Made by a program: the position numbers and the translations under genes. From Nostoc sp. PCC 7120 = FACHB-418 (GTDB taxonomy: Bacteria; Cyanobacteriota; Cyanobacteriia; Cyanobacteriales; Nostocaceae), in the NCBI RefSeq assembly GCF_000009705.1, contig NC_003272.1, forward strand, positions 3,210,001 through 3,242,000: a DNA stretch of 32,000 nt, written 5' to 3'. This document shows, piece by piece, positions 1 to 11,600 of this stretch (the first letter of the stretch is position 1; each line of letters begins with the position of its first letter). The notes below the pieces were generated by a model. It saw only the letters and a program-made list of their open reading frames with translations. It made no database searches and was not told where the DNA came from.

Positions 1-2410
1 TGGTGATTGTGAAAGAAGTTTCCTCAGACTCAATTAATTCTGTGGTGCTAAATGCCAAACTGACTTCTGGAGTCACCGAGGGAGCAGGAACTTGCTCTAG
101 GGTATCGTAGAAGGTGACAGTAGAACTGCTAGCAGCCGGATTGACTTGGTAGCCAAGGCTTTCCACAATAGTAAATGTAGCCGTTTCTGCCCCGTCAGTT
201 TCCGCTTCCTCTCGATTTGTGGGATTGAGGGTAATCGTAGCAAAAGATTCCGTCAGCCTGAACCTAAAGCCAATAGCCTCACCAGCTTCGTTGTAAACAG
301 CATCCAGAAATTCCCCACCACGACTAAAGGGTTTACCGTTGAGATTCCCCCCATAAGGGACTGAATAATCTTCCTCCAAACCACCAAAGTAATCTGTCAG
401 AACAATATCACTGGTAATAAAAACATCAATCCCCTCTTCGGGAACTTCACCACCAGCAACCAAGACAATATTCAGTGCAGAACCCGCATCTTCCCCAGAT
501 GTTTCCACCAAAGCCGGGGCTAAAATTTGAAAATCGCGGTTCTCGAAATCATTATTGTAAGTTCCGGCGATCGTTTGTAGAAAGATGGTAGGGCCTGCGC
601 CATTACCAGGGGGAATTTCCGTCGCTCCAGCTACAAAGCCAGTGGGGTTGTTGAGACTGATGTTGAGGGTATACTCACCAGTACCATACTCATCCGGGTC
701 GGTGCTGCTATAACCATTACCACTAGCAGGTTTGTTGGGGTCATACTCACTGTTGTTATACAGAGTCACGCCCACATAGTAAACACCGTCACTAGGCGCA
801 GTAAATTCAATGTAGGACTGGAAACCAGAGTCAAAAACTTCATTTGGGGCTGCACCATCATCATTTGATGCTAATTCTGTACCACTGACATCGAACAGAC
901 GCAACCAAGTATCTACCTTTCTCCCATCTGCAAATTGATTGGAGTCAGTATCAATTTTGATAGTGTCACCAGCTTTCAGTTCAACTTTGTAGAAGTCTAC
1001 ATCTTCGGAAGCATCTACATAAACTAAACCGTTGTCAGTGACGTAGCTATTATCAAAATCAAAATCCAGGGTGCTGTTAATAGTAAAGAAAGGCGCATCT
1101 GCACTCAACCTTGTATCAAAAGCTGTGTCAATTGTGTCGTTGGGTTCGCTAACTTCACTCAAAGGTGGTGCTAATTCAGGTACATCAACAATCGTAAAAT
1201 TACCAGAATTCGCAGCCTGATTCACCTGATATCCTGCACCTGGTGACAGGCTAAACACTACCTGTTCATCAGATTCAGCCACACCATCCGCCTGTATAGG
1301 TAGCTGAATTGTTGCCGACTTAGCAGTAATTTTTAAGTCAAATCCATCACTGCGGACAGCGACAATTTCCCCTCCCTCAACTTGGATAGCATCAAGGTTA
1401 AACTCGTTCAGGTTGGGAGCATTTACCGATACAGTCACACCTGCGGCTGGTGGCGTAGCACTGAGATTGAAAGTATGTAGTGATATAGTGCTTTCCGACT
1501 CAATCAGCAATTGTGGAGAAGTGGTGAGACTGACTTGAATTTGGGAGGTTGCATCATCTACAACTGTGATAGTAGCTCCTGATGCAGTTTCATTAATCGT
1601 ATAACCTGGGGCTGATTGCAAATTGAAAGTCAATTCTTCAATACCTTCAACGGCATCATCAGCAAAGGCTGACAGAGTAATACTAGCGGTTTGCTCAGTG
1701 ATTTTAAAGTAAAAACCGTTGGCAGCAAAATTAGGTGCAGGGAAAACTCCCCCCTCAACTTGAGCATTGTAAACATCGAATTCCGATATATCCCGTCCTG
1801 CGGGGTCGCCTTCGCCACCAGTTTGAGTATTACTCTTAACATAAACGAGTACACCTCCGGCTGGTGGTGGTTCACTGAGGGTAAATCTCAGTGTAGTAGT
1901 ATTACCTTCAGCTTCGCTAATAGTGGCATTTTCCACACTCAGGCTGATTTCCGGTGTCACACTAGGGGTAGGTACTTCCTCAAGGCTGGCGTAGAAGGTG
2001 ACTTCTGAGGAACTATCACCGATGCTGTAGTCATCGCCTGCTTCCAGAGTGAAAGTTGCTGTTTGCGTCCCAGCACCGTTATCTTTAACAGCAAGATTGA
2101 TTAACGCATTTGCTTGAGTCAGTTTAAATTTAAATCCAGTAGCTTCCCCATCTGCGTTGAATACTGCACCAACAAATTCACCGCCAGGAGAAAATGGTTC
2201 AAGTCCCAGATTGCTGAAGTTATCACGGAAAGCAATATCACTATTCACCGTGACAATTAATCCTTCTGCGGGAACTTCGCCATCAACACTAAACACAAAA
2301 GTTAGCAGAGAAGTACCATCTTCTAGGGATTTGACAATTGCTGATGCGACTAAATTATCTTGAGAGTCAAAAGCACCAGCGATCGCATTGAAGTTTACTA
2401 AACTTGTCAT
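1..2410 (-). CDS. Giant secreted Calx-beta/PPC repeat protein, N-terminal ~803 codons (3' end runs off the window); paralog of the 2609-12397 gene
   Basis: The minus strand is open from the window edge up to the ATG at 2408-2410. It is absent from the ORF track because no stop lies in the window. My translation starts MTSLVNFNAIAGAFDSQDNLVASAIVKSLEDGTSLLTFVFSVDGEVPAEGLIV. It contains Calx-beta-like modules (SAFADDAVEGIEELTFNLQSAPGYTI) and a PPC-like module. The module order mirrors the middle of the neighbouring giant protein. Confidence 0.85.
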   Translation of the reverse strand, partial: MTSLVNFNAIAGAFDSQDNLVASAIVKSLEDGTSLLTFVFSVDGEVPAEGLIVTVNSDIAFRDNFSNLGLEPFSPGGEFVGAVFNADGEATGFKFKLTQANALINLAVKDNGAGTQTATFTLEAGDDYSIGDSSSEVTFYASLEEVPTPSVTPEISLSVENATISEAEGNTTTLRFTLSEPPPAGGVLVYVKSNTQTGGEGDPAGRDISEFDVYNAQVEGGVFPAPNFAANGFYFKITEQTASITLSAFADDAVEGIEELTFNLQSAPGYTINETASGATITVVDDATSQIQVSLTTSPQLLIESESTISLHTFNLSATPPAAGVTVSVNAPNLNEFNLDAIQVEGGEIVAVRSDGFDLKITAKSATIQLPIQADGVAESDEQVVFSLSPGAGYQVNQAANSGNFTIVDVPELAPPLSEVSEPNDTIDTAFDTRLSADAPFFTINSTLDFDFDNSYVTDNGLVYVDASEDVDFYKVELKAGDTIKIDTDSNQFADGRKVDTWLRLFDVSGTELASNDDGAAPNEVFDSGFQSYIEFTAPSDGVYYVGVTLYNNSEYDPNKPASGNGYSSTDPDEYGTGEYTLNISLNNPTGFVAGATEIPPGNGAGPTIFLQTIAGTYNNDFENRDFQILAPALVETSGEDAGSALNIVLVAGGEVPEEGIDVFITSDIVLTDYFGGLEEDYSVPYGGNLNGKPFSRGGEFLDAVYNEAGEAIGFRFRLTESFATITLNPTNREEAETDGAETATFTIVESLGYQVNPAASSSTVTFYDTLEQVPAPSVTPEVSLAFSTTELIESEETSFTIT
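655..1165 (-). other. PPC (bacterial pre-peptidase C-terminal)-like domain inside the partial giant gene
   Basis: Translated motif series: EPNDTIDTAFDT ... EDVDFYKVELKAGDTIKIDTDS ... TWLRLFDVSGTELASND ... GVYYVGVT ... GEYTLNISLN. This is the same pattern as the two PPC-like modules in the 3262-aa protein. Confidence 0.6.
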
Positions 2411-2563
2411 AATAGGGTTTTCCGATTCATGAAATGTTTACTCAACAAGTGTTCCGGATCGGTTTTCGAGAAATACTCCGCGTAACTCTGCGTCCCTCTA
2501 AAATTAATTAAGGCATTGCTGAATTGAGGTATAAAAATCAACTTATACTTTCATTCAGCCATG

Positions 2564-2599
2564 CCAAAACGGTGAATGGTCAATAACTAACCATTCACC
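2564..2599 (-). terminator. Rho-independent terminator candidate after the 3262-aa gene
   Basis: Perfect 10-bp inverted repeat GGTGAATGGT (2571-2580) / ACCATTCACC (2590-2599) with a 9-nt loop. It begins 9 nt after the stop codon at 2609-2611. On the minus strand it is followed by GTTTTGG. Confidence 0.6.
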
Positions 2600-2608
2600 A
2601 CACAATCA

Positions 2609-5600
2609 TTAGACCGTTGTAAAAGCTGAAGAACTCAAATCACTAGATTGAACAAACTTCAACACAGCCAGAGTTTCATCACCAACTTTCACCAACGTAT
2701 CCAAACCGCTTTGAGTCAAAGTCAATTGCTCAAAGGTAAGTCCACCACTCAAACCAACCTTTTGACCCAAACTGACTTGGAAATTGTTGATAGTGTCAAT
2801 ACCTGCACCTTGAGCCACAACCACAGTATCTTGTCCACCATTCAAGAAAATGGTGTCATTACCAAGACCACCGTTAATCAGGTCATCACCAGAGCCACTG
2901 TAGATGATGTCATTACCAGCACCACCTAGTAAAGTATTATTACCATTACCACCATAGAGGATATCGTTACCGTCACCTCCATCTAAGAGGTTATTGCCAG
3001 CACCACCAGTTAAGTAGTCATTACCAGCACCACCTAATAGGGTGTTATTACCAGCACCACCAAACAGCGCGTCGTTACCGTCGCCACCATTTAAGAGGTC
3101 GTCGTCAGCACCGCCAAACAGGTAGTCATTACCCAGACCACCAAAGATGCGGTCATTGCCAGCATTACCAAACAAACTGTTGTTATTGCCATCACCAACT
3201 AGGATGTTGTCACCAGCATCACCAACAGGATTGGTTGGGGTATCACTGATAGTCAGAGCAATACTACCAGCATCAGGGCTGACTTGATACTGTTCTCCAT
3301 CCACCAAATTGAAGGTTAAGCTTTCAATACCTTCATTAGCACCATCATCAAACACCTTCAGGCTGAGGGATGCTGTCGGTTCGGTTAAAGTGACGAAGAA
3401 ACCGCCACCAGTGCCATCTGGTTCAGGGAAGCCAGCAATACCTTCCCAGGTGACAGCAGGTGTACCATCTTCATTAAAGATAACAAACTCACCTAATGAC
3501 GCTCTGGTGGGACTGAGGACAAATATTGTCAAGCCTCCCTCTGGGATTTCGCCATCTACACTGAAGTTAACAGTTAGGGTATCACCTTCTTGCAGGTTGG
3601 TTTGTGTAGTAGAGATGCTAACTACTGGCCCGACACCTCCAGGTACACCATCAATAAAGGTGACATCTGCGGAAGTTGCTGCGGGGTCTAGTGCATAAGC
3701 TTCACTGGCTAACAGTTGGTAGGTGTAGGTAGTGTCTGCTTCTTCTACGATGTCATCGAAGACGGGAATGGTAACGGTAGCAGTTGCTTGGGTTAAGCGG
3801 AACTCATAAGCTTGAGTGTCACGGTTAAAGCGTAAGTATTCAACACCTTCTGACTCAACCACTTGACGGAATTGCAGACCTTGCTCTACCGCCGAGGTAC
3901 GGAAATCTCCACCAACGCTGACTACTACACCTTCTGCGGTCAAGTTGCCTTGGACATTGAATGTCAGAACTAAGCCTGTACCTTCAGCTTCATTGACTAT
4001 TGGACTAGCTGTGAAACCGACAATCGGAGGATCACTAATAGTGAAAGTGATACTACCAGCATCAGGGCTAACTTGGTACTGTTCCCCATCAACTAAGTTG
4101 AAGGTTAAGGTTTCTACCCCTTCACCGGGGCCATCATCAAACACCTTTAGGCTCAAGGATGCTGTCGGTTCGGTTAAAGTGACGAAGAAACCACCGCCAG
4201 TTCCATCTGGTTCTGGGAAGCCAGCAATACCTTCCCAAGTCACAGCAGGTGTTCCATCTTCATTAAAGATGACAAACTCACCTAATGATGCTCTGGTGGG
4301 ACTTAGGACGAATACTGTCAAGCCTCCCTCTGGGATTTCGCCATCGACACTGAAGTTAACGGTTAGGGTATCGCCTTCGTTGAGGGCTGTCTGCTCAGTG
4401 GAGATGCTAACTACTGGCCCGACACCTCCAGGTACACCATCAGTAAAGGTGACATCTACTGTAGATGCGGCTGCGTCTACTTTGTAACTTTCACTAGCTA
4501 ATAGTTGGTAGGTGTAGGTGGTATCTGCTTCCTCTACAATGTCATCGAAGACGGGAATTGTCACTGTGGCGTTAGCTTGGGTGAGACGGAACTCATAAGC
4601 TTGGGTGTCACGGTTAAAGCGTAAGTATTCAACGCCTTCTGACTCAACTACTTGACGGAATTGTAACCCTTGGGCGACTGCTGAAGTACGTAAGTCTCCA
4701 CCAACGCTGATGACTATGCCTTCTTCTGGAATGATGCCTTGGGCATTGAAGAACAGCACCAAGCCTGGCCCGTCTGCTTCGCTCACTACTGGGCTGGCTG
4801 TCAAACCAACTACTGGTAATTCACTAATAGTGAGAGTGATACTACCAGCATCAGGGCTAACTTCATACTGTTCCCCATCAACTAAGTTGAAGGTTAAGGT
4901 TTCTACCCCTTCACCAATACCATCATCAAACACCTTCAAGCTCAGGGATGCTGTTGGTTCGGTTAAAGTGACGAAGAAACCACCACCAGTTCCATCTGGT
5001 TCAGGGAAGCCAGCGATACCTTCCCAGGTGACAGCAGGTGTGCCATCTTCATTGAAGATAACAAACTCACCTAATGATGCTCTGGTGGGACTGAGGACAA
5101 ATACTGTCAAGCCTCCCTCTGGGATTTCGCCATCGACACTGAAGTTAACGGTTAGGGTATCGCCTTCGTTGAGGGCTGTTTGCTCAGTGGAGATGCTGAC
5201 GATTGGGCCGATACCTCCAGGTACACCATCTACATAGGTGACATCTGCTGTAGCTGCTGCTGAGTCTACCGTGTAGGCTTCACTGGTTAGTAGTTGGTAG
5301 GTGTAGGTGGTGTCTACTTCTTCTACGATGTCATCAAATACAGGAATTGTCACTGTGGCGTTAGCTTGAGTTAAGCGGAACTCATAAGCTTGGGTGTCAC
5401 GGTTAAAGCGTAAGTATTCAACGCCTTCTGACTCAACCACTTGACGGAATTGCAACCCTTGGGCGACTGCTGAAGTACGTAAGTCTCCACCAACGCTGAT
5501 GACTATGCCTTCTTCTGGGATGATGCCTTGGGCGTTGAAGAACAGCACCAAGCCTGGCCCGTCTGCTTCACTGACTACTGGGCTGGCTGTCAAACCAACT

Positions 5601-8600
5601 ACTGGTAATGCACTAGGAGTCAAGTCAATAGTGAGGTCGTATGTGCCAATATTCGTTCCAGAGGTGGGGATAATCCGACCGCCGCCACTACCTGCGGTGA
5701 AGGGGTCATAGTAACGGTTAAAGTTAGCTGCAACACCTATGTAGTAAGCACCATCTGCGGTAGCGGTGAACTCTAGGTAAGCATCACGGTTAGAAACAAA
5801 TAACTCGTTACGGGCAGGGTCGTTAAATGATATGGCTAATTGTTGACCTGTGGCATCAAATAAGCGTAGTTCGGTATCAACAAACTGGGTGTTGGTAACT
5901 CCGTCAATATTAAAGGGCAGGGAGTCGATGTCAACTTTAATGGTATCGCCTGCTTTGAGTTCTACCTTGTAGATGTCAACATCTTCGGATCTGTCGATGA
6001 AGTTAGGCGCAGCATTACCAATTCTTGCTTGAATTTTGAATTGGGTATTGTCTTTAGTTAACTGTGTATCAACGGCTTGAGGAATAGTATCGTTGATCGC
6101 TGCTAGGTTGTTACCTTCTGTTTCAACTAACGGGACATCACTGGTATTGTCGTAGATTGTGAAGGTGGCAGTGTTAGCAGTGGGGCTAACTTCATAGCCA
6201 TCACCAGGGGCGATGGAGAAGACTGCTGTCTCTACACCTTCAGCAATGCCATCATTGCTTATAGGTGTTCTAACTACAGCTTGATTAGCTGTGATTTTTA
6301 GACTAAAGCCATTTTCAGCAACACTGACGATTTCTCCACCAGTAATTTCTACGCCAGTCAGGTCAAATTCACCTAAACTATCGCTATTAACGAAGATGGT
6401 GAGACCTTCTGCGGGTGGTGGGGAACTGAGGCTAAAAGTATGTACGCCTACTGTGTTCTCTGACTCAACTAGAGTTGCGGGACTGAAGGTATATCTAACT
6501 AATACTTGAGATGCTGGTGTATCAGCAATGCTCAAGGTAATTGCTGCTTTCGCTGAGTCAATTGTGTATCCTGCACCAGTTTCTAAGCTGAAGGTGAAGG
6601 TTTCGATACCTTCAACTAGACCATCATCAAAGGGTGACAGGGTGATAGTTGAGGTTTGTTGGGTTAACTTGACGTAGAAACCACCTGCACGGAAGTTACC
6701 AATGGGGAAGGATGCACCGTTAGTTTCTATGTCAAACACATCAATGTCACCCAAAGCTCCAGTCACCCCACTGTTGACGTAGACTAATACGCCTTCTGCT
6801 GGTGGTGCTTGGTCTAGGGTAAATGTGAGTGTGGTGGTAGTACCTTCTGATTCAATCAGTTGGTTTTGGCTGATTTCTATGCCTACCTGCGGCACAACTG
6901 TGGGTACAGGTGCTTGCTCTAAGGTTGGGTAGAAGGTAACTGTAGAGGTGTCCGCATCTGGGTTAATTATGGTGTTGTTTCCAGCAGCCAAGGAGAAAGT
7001 AGCCGCTTGTGGTGATTCAAGTTGCAGACTGGTGGGAATAACAATGTTGATGAAGGCGTTATTCTGTGTCAGTTTGAAGGTAAAACCTGTAGCCTCACCT
7101 GTGGCTGGGTCATAAATCGCTTCGCCAATTTGTCCGCCCACAGTGAAAGGTCTGACTCTAACGGAGTTGCCGAAGTATTGCCGCAGGATAATGTCACTGT
7201 TGATAACAACCTCTGCACCACCTTCAGGAATTGCACCATCTGCTGTTAAAGCGATCGCTAATACTGCTGCACCTGATGGGGGAGCAGTCACTAGGTATGG
7301 AGACAGAATCCTTTCACCTGTGCCGGCGGATGAGTAAGTCCCTGTGACTGTTTCGATGGAGATGATTGGGCCATCACCTGTGGGAACTGGTGCAGGGGGA
7401 TTGACAACCGTACCAACTTCTGAATTGAGGCTGAGATTGAGGGTATATGCCCCAGTAGTTGTACCTGTACCGCTTCCCTGGACGTTAGGATCGTAGGGGT
7501 TAAAGTTGGCTAGGTTGGGATTTTCAGCAGTGCGATCGTAGTTGGGATTGCTGCTGACACCAATGTAATAAACGCCGTCTGCGGTTGCAGTGAAATTAAT
7601 GTAGGAGTCGTTGCGGGAAAGGAATATCTCGTTGGGGGCTGGGGCGATGCGGTTAGCTGCTAACACGTTACCTTCAGCATCAAAGACTTGCAAGGCTGAG
7701 GAAAGGGTAGAACCATTGATCTGTGCATCGATGTCAATCGCTAGGCGATCGCCTGCTTTCAATTCAACTTTGTACAGGTCTACATCTTCGGTGTTGTCAA
7801 CGTATGTCCAACCTGCATCTGTGGGGTTAATTCGGTATCTATTTACACCGCTATAACCGATTTCCCCGGTGATTGATAGCGTGGGGTTAGCCTCACTAAG
7901 TCCGGTATCGTTGGCTGTAGCAATGGTATCATTGCTTTCTATTTCTGCACTTAGGGGTGTTAGTGCATCTACGATAGTGAAGATTGCTTGGTTGTTAGTT
8001 TCCCCAATGATGTAACCTGTTCCTGGCTGCAAGCTGAAGACGGCTGTTTCTGTACCTTCCGTGATGCCGTCATTTTTCACAGGTAAATCAATCACTGCTC
8101 GTTGTGCAGTCATACTCAAGTCAAAGCCATCTTCTCTGACTGCGACAATAGTCCCCCCAGTAACGCTAATTCCTGCCAGGTCAAATTCACTCAGATTTGG
8201 TGCGCTGACAGAAATCACTACGCCTTCTGCGGCTGGAGGCGCGCTCAAGGTGAAGGTGTGGCGGGAAACTGTGCCATTAGCCTCAATCAGAGTGGCTGGT
8301 GTTCTGGTGAGCGTGAGTGATGGTAGGGTCGATTCTGGGGTGTCTTGGATGGTAAATACCACAGTATTTTCTGTGGAGTTGACTGTGTAACCAGGATTTG
8401 CTACTACGCTAAAGCTTTGAACTTCTACCCCTTCTGTTACACCGTCAGGGAATGCCGCTACTGTAATACTGGCAGTCTGTTCGGTGATGCGGAAGTAGAA
8501 GCTATTAGCACCAATGAGAGCGGGGAACTCTCCACCTACGACTTCTGCTTGCAGGACATCAAAATCACTCAAGCTGGAGAATTGCGCGCCTCTGACTAAA

Positions 8601-11600
8601 ACTACTACACCTTCTGGTGGTGGTGGTTCACTGAGGCTGAAGTTGAGGGTAACTGTGCCGCCTTCCGACTCAACTATGGTGGTGTTGGTGGCACTGAAGC
8701 TAACTTCTGGGGTGACGCTGGGTGCTGGTACGTCTTGCAGTGTGTTGTAGACCGGGAATGTGGTGGATTCTGCCTCTGAGTTGACACTGTAGCCTTCCCC
8801 ACCTTGGATTGAGAAGGTAGCTGAGGCTAGGTCATCGGCTGCTAGTCCACTCTTGAGCCGGAAGACAATTAAGGAGTTGGGTGATGTGACTCTGACTTTG
8901 AAGCCAATACCGTTACCTGCTTCGTCGTAAATTCCCTCTAGAACTTGCGCTCCTGGTGAGAATGGTGTCCCATTTAATCCACTGACATATTTCCACAGGT
9001 CTAGGTCGGTGATGACATCAACTACTAAACCTTCTTCTGGGATTGTACCGTCTACATTCAGGGATAGGTTGAGGATGGCTGCACCTGTTCTGGTCGTGCC
9101 TTCTGCGTCTGTATATTCTGGTGATTTTACTAACCCATAAGCTAGTAGGTTATTTTGAGCATCTGCTGTTACGGGGGTAGCACTAATCCCTACTACGGGC
9201 TGTTCAATAGTCATAGTGTCGTCAATTGTTATGGTTACTTGGTTTGCTTCGGGGTTAACTTGATACTGCTCACCATCGCGGAGGGTATAGGTATAATTCC
9301 TTGGCCCATCTACTTCCCCGTTATTAAACACCGGTACTGTAATCGTTGCAGTCTGTTCGGTGATACGGAAAAGTACGGCACTGACAAATTCATTTGTGCC
9401 GACAATTGTGCCGCCTGTGGTAGTTAAACCAACAGGGTTGAGAGTATCTTCAGGATTACGGGGATTATCCACCGTCACGTTAAATTGAGCAATGGAGCGG
9501 GGTACACCACTATCTAGGTAGACGACAACGCCTCCTTCTGGGGGTGGGCTGTCGAGAGTAAAGGTGATAGTAAGGACTGTTTGTTCTGATTCAAACAGGG
9601 TGCTGGGAGTAGCAGAAACACTCACCACTGGCCCTACTCCTCCAGGTACTCCATCAGTGACGGTGAAGCTGGCAGAACTGGCTGCGGGATCTACTGTGTA
9701 ACCTTCTCCTGCTTCGAGGGTGTAGGTAAAGGTAGCGTCGCTTTCTTCTAAGATGTCGTTTAAGACAGGCAGGCGAATTGTTGCCGTTGGTTCGAGGATG
9801 GTAAAGGTGAAGCTGCTCAGGTCTGTTTCGAGGGCAAACAGATCCAATCTTCCCCCAGTAACTCCAGTCTCTACCAAGGGACGGTCAAAGCGGTAGAAAA
9901 CATTGGCTTCGGCATCAAAGCGTACTTGCGCCGCCGTGAACTGCCTCATGATGTTGGCAACATCACCTTGTAGACGCACGGTGATACCTTCGGGGGGAAT
10001 ACCGCCTGTGGTGTTGAAGGTTAATGTTAAGACTGTTCCTTCTGCTTCGCTGACTATCTCTGGCGATGCTGTGAGGCTAACTACTGGTATGGTTGATGGA
10101 GCAGTATCGTTAATTGTGAAGGTAATTGCGTTTTCACCAGGAACAAAGTCATATCCTGGTACGGGGCTAAGAGTGTAGGTAAAGGTTTCTGCACCTTCTA
10201 CAACTTCATCTCTAAATAGAGGTAAAGTGATGGTTGCGGTTTGCTGGAGTAATCTGACAGTAACAGCACTAGATGTAGCATTAGCTCTTAAAAACCTTAA
10301 TCCATCAAATGCTGCACTAAATACATCAAATTCAGCAAGCGATCGCCCTACGCCACTATCAAATGTAACTTCTAACCCTCCTTCTGGGGGTGCTTCACTC
10401 AGTTGAAAGGTTAAAACAATACTGTCGTTATTAGCCTCAACTAAAGTAGTCGGACTAGCGGTAAAGCTAATTGTTGGCATAGTTGCTGGTGGGTTAACTG
10501 TGATGCTAACTGTCGCAGGTGCAGAATTTACCTTGCTGTCGTTGGCTAGATAGGTAAAGCTGTCTGTACCTGAAAAACCTGCATTGGGTGTGTAACTAAA
10601 TGAACCATTGCTGTTTAAGGTCAGACTACCGTTGCTGGGTGCTTGCACCACTGCGGCGGTGAGTGGGTCTGACTGAGCATCGGTATCATTGCTTAATACA
10701 CCATTAGCTACGTCCACTATCAGTTCTTGACCGGCTGTTGTGATGTAGCTGTCGTTGACTGTGACTGGTGGGTCATTTGGTGGTGGCGGTGCTGCGTTGA
10801 CTGTGATATTGACAGTAGCAGGTGTAGAATTTGTCTTACTGTCATTAGCTAAATAGGTAAAGCTATCAGTACCAACAAACCCTGCATTGGGTGTGTAAGT
10901 AAATGAACCATCAGTGTTGAAGGTGACGCTACCGTTGCTGGGTGCTTGCGCTACTGCGGCTGTCAATGGGTCTGATTGAGCATCAGTATCATTACTTAAC
11001 ACACCATTAGCCGCATCCACTACCAACGCTTGATCTGCTGTTGTGCTGTAGCTGTCGTTGACTGCAACTGGCGGGTCGTTGGGTGGTGGCGGTGGTGCAG
11101 TGACTGTAATATTAACTGTCGCCGGTGCAGAATTTACCTTAGTATCGTTGGCTAAATAGGTAAAGCTATCTGTACCCACAAACCCTGCATTGGGTGTATA
11201 CGCAAACGAACCATCAGGATTGAGGGTGACGCTACCGTTGCTGGGTGCTTGCACTACTGCGGCTGTCAGTGGGTCTGACTGAGCATCGGTATCGTTACTC
11301 AACACGCCATTAGCCACAGCTACTACCAACTGTTGATCGGCTTGTGTGCTGTAGTTGTCGTTGACTGTAACTGGCGGGTCGTTTGGTGGTGGCGGTGGTG
11401 CAGTGACTGTAATGCTAACTGTCGCCGGTGCAGAATTGGCTTTAGTATCATTAGCTAGATAAGTAAAACTATCTGTACCAATAAACCCTGCATTGGGTGT
11501 ATACGCAAATGACCCATCAGCATTGAGGGTGACACTCCCATTGCTGGGTGCTTGCACTACTGCGGCTGTCAGTGGGTCTGACTGAGCATCGGTATCGTTA

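Noticed and set aside
146-2363. ORF-track entries 146-364, 1630-1875, 1691-2008 and 2157-2363.
   Set aside because: All are nested in, or antisense to, the open minus-strand frame that runs from the window edge to the ATG at 2410 and encodes recognisable Calx-beta/PPC modules.
2828-3223. Regular 27-bp periodic repeats that might be mistaken for a CRISPR-like array or a minisatellite.
   Set aside because: The period is in frame and encodes GGxGxD RTX nonapeptides within the giant ORF. There is no repeat-spacer organisation. No CRISPR array, tRNA or rRNA was seen anywhere in the window.
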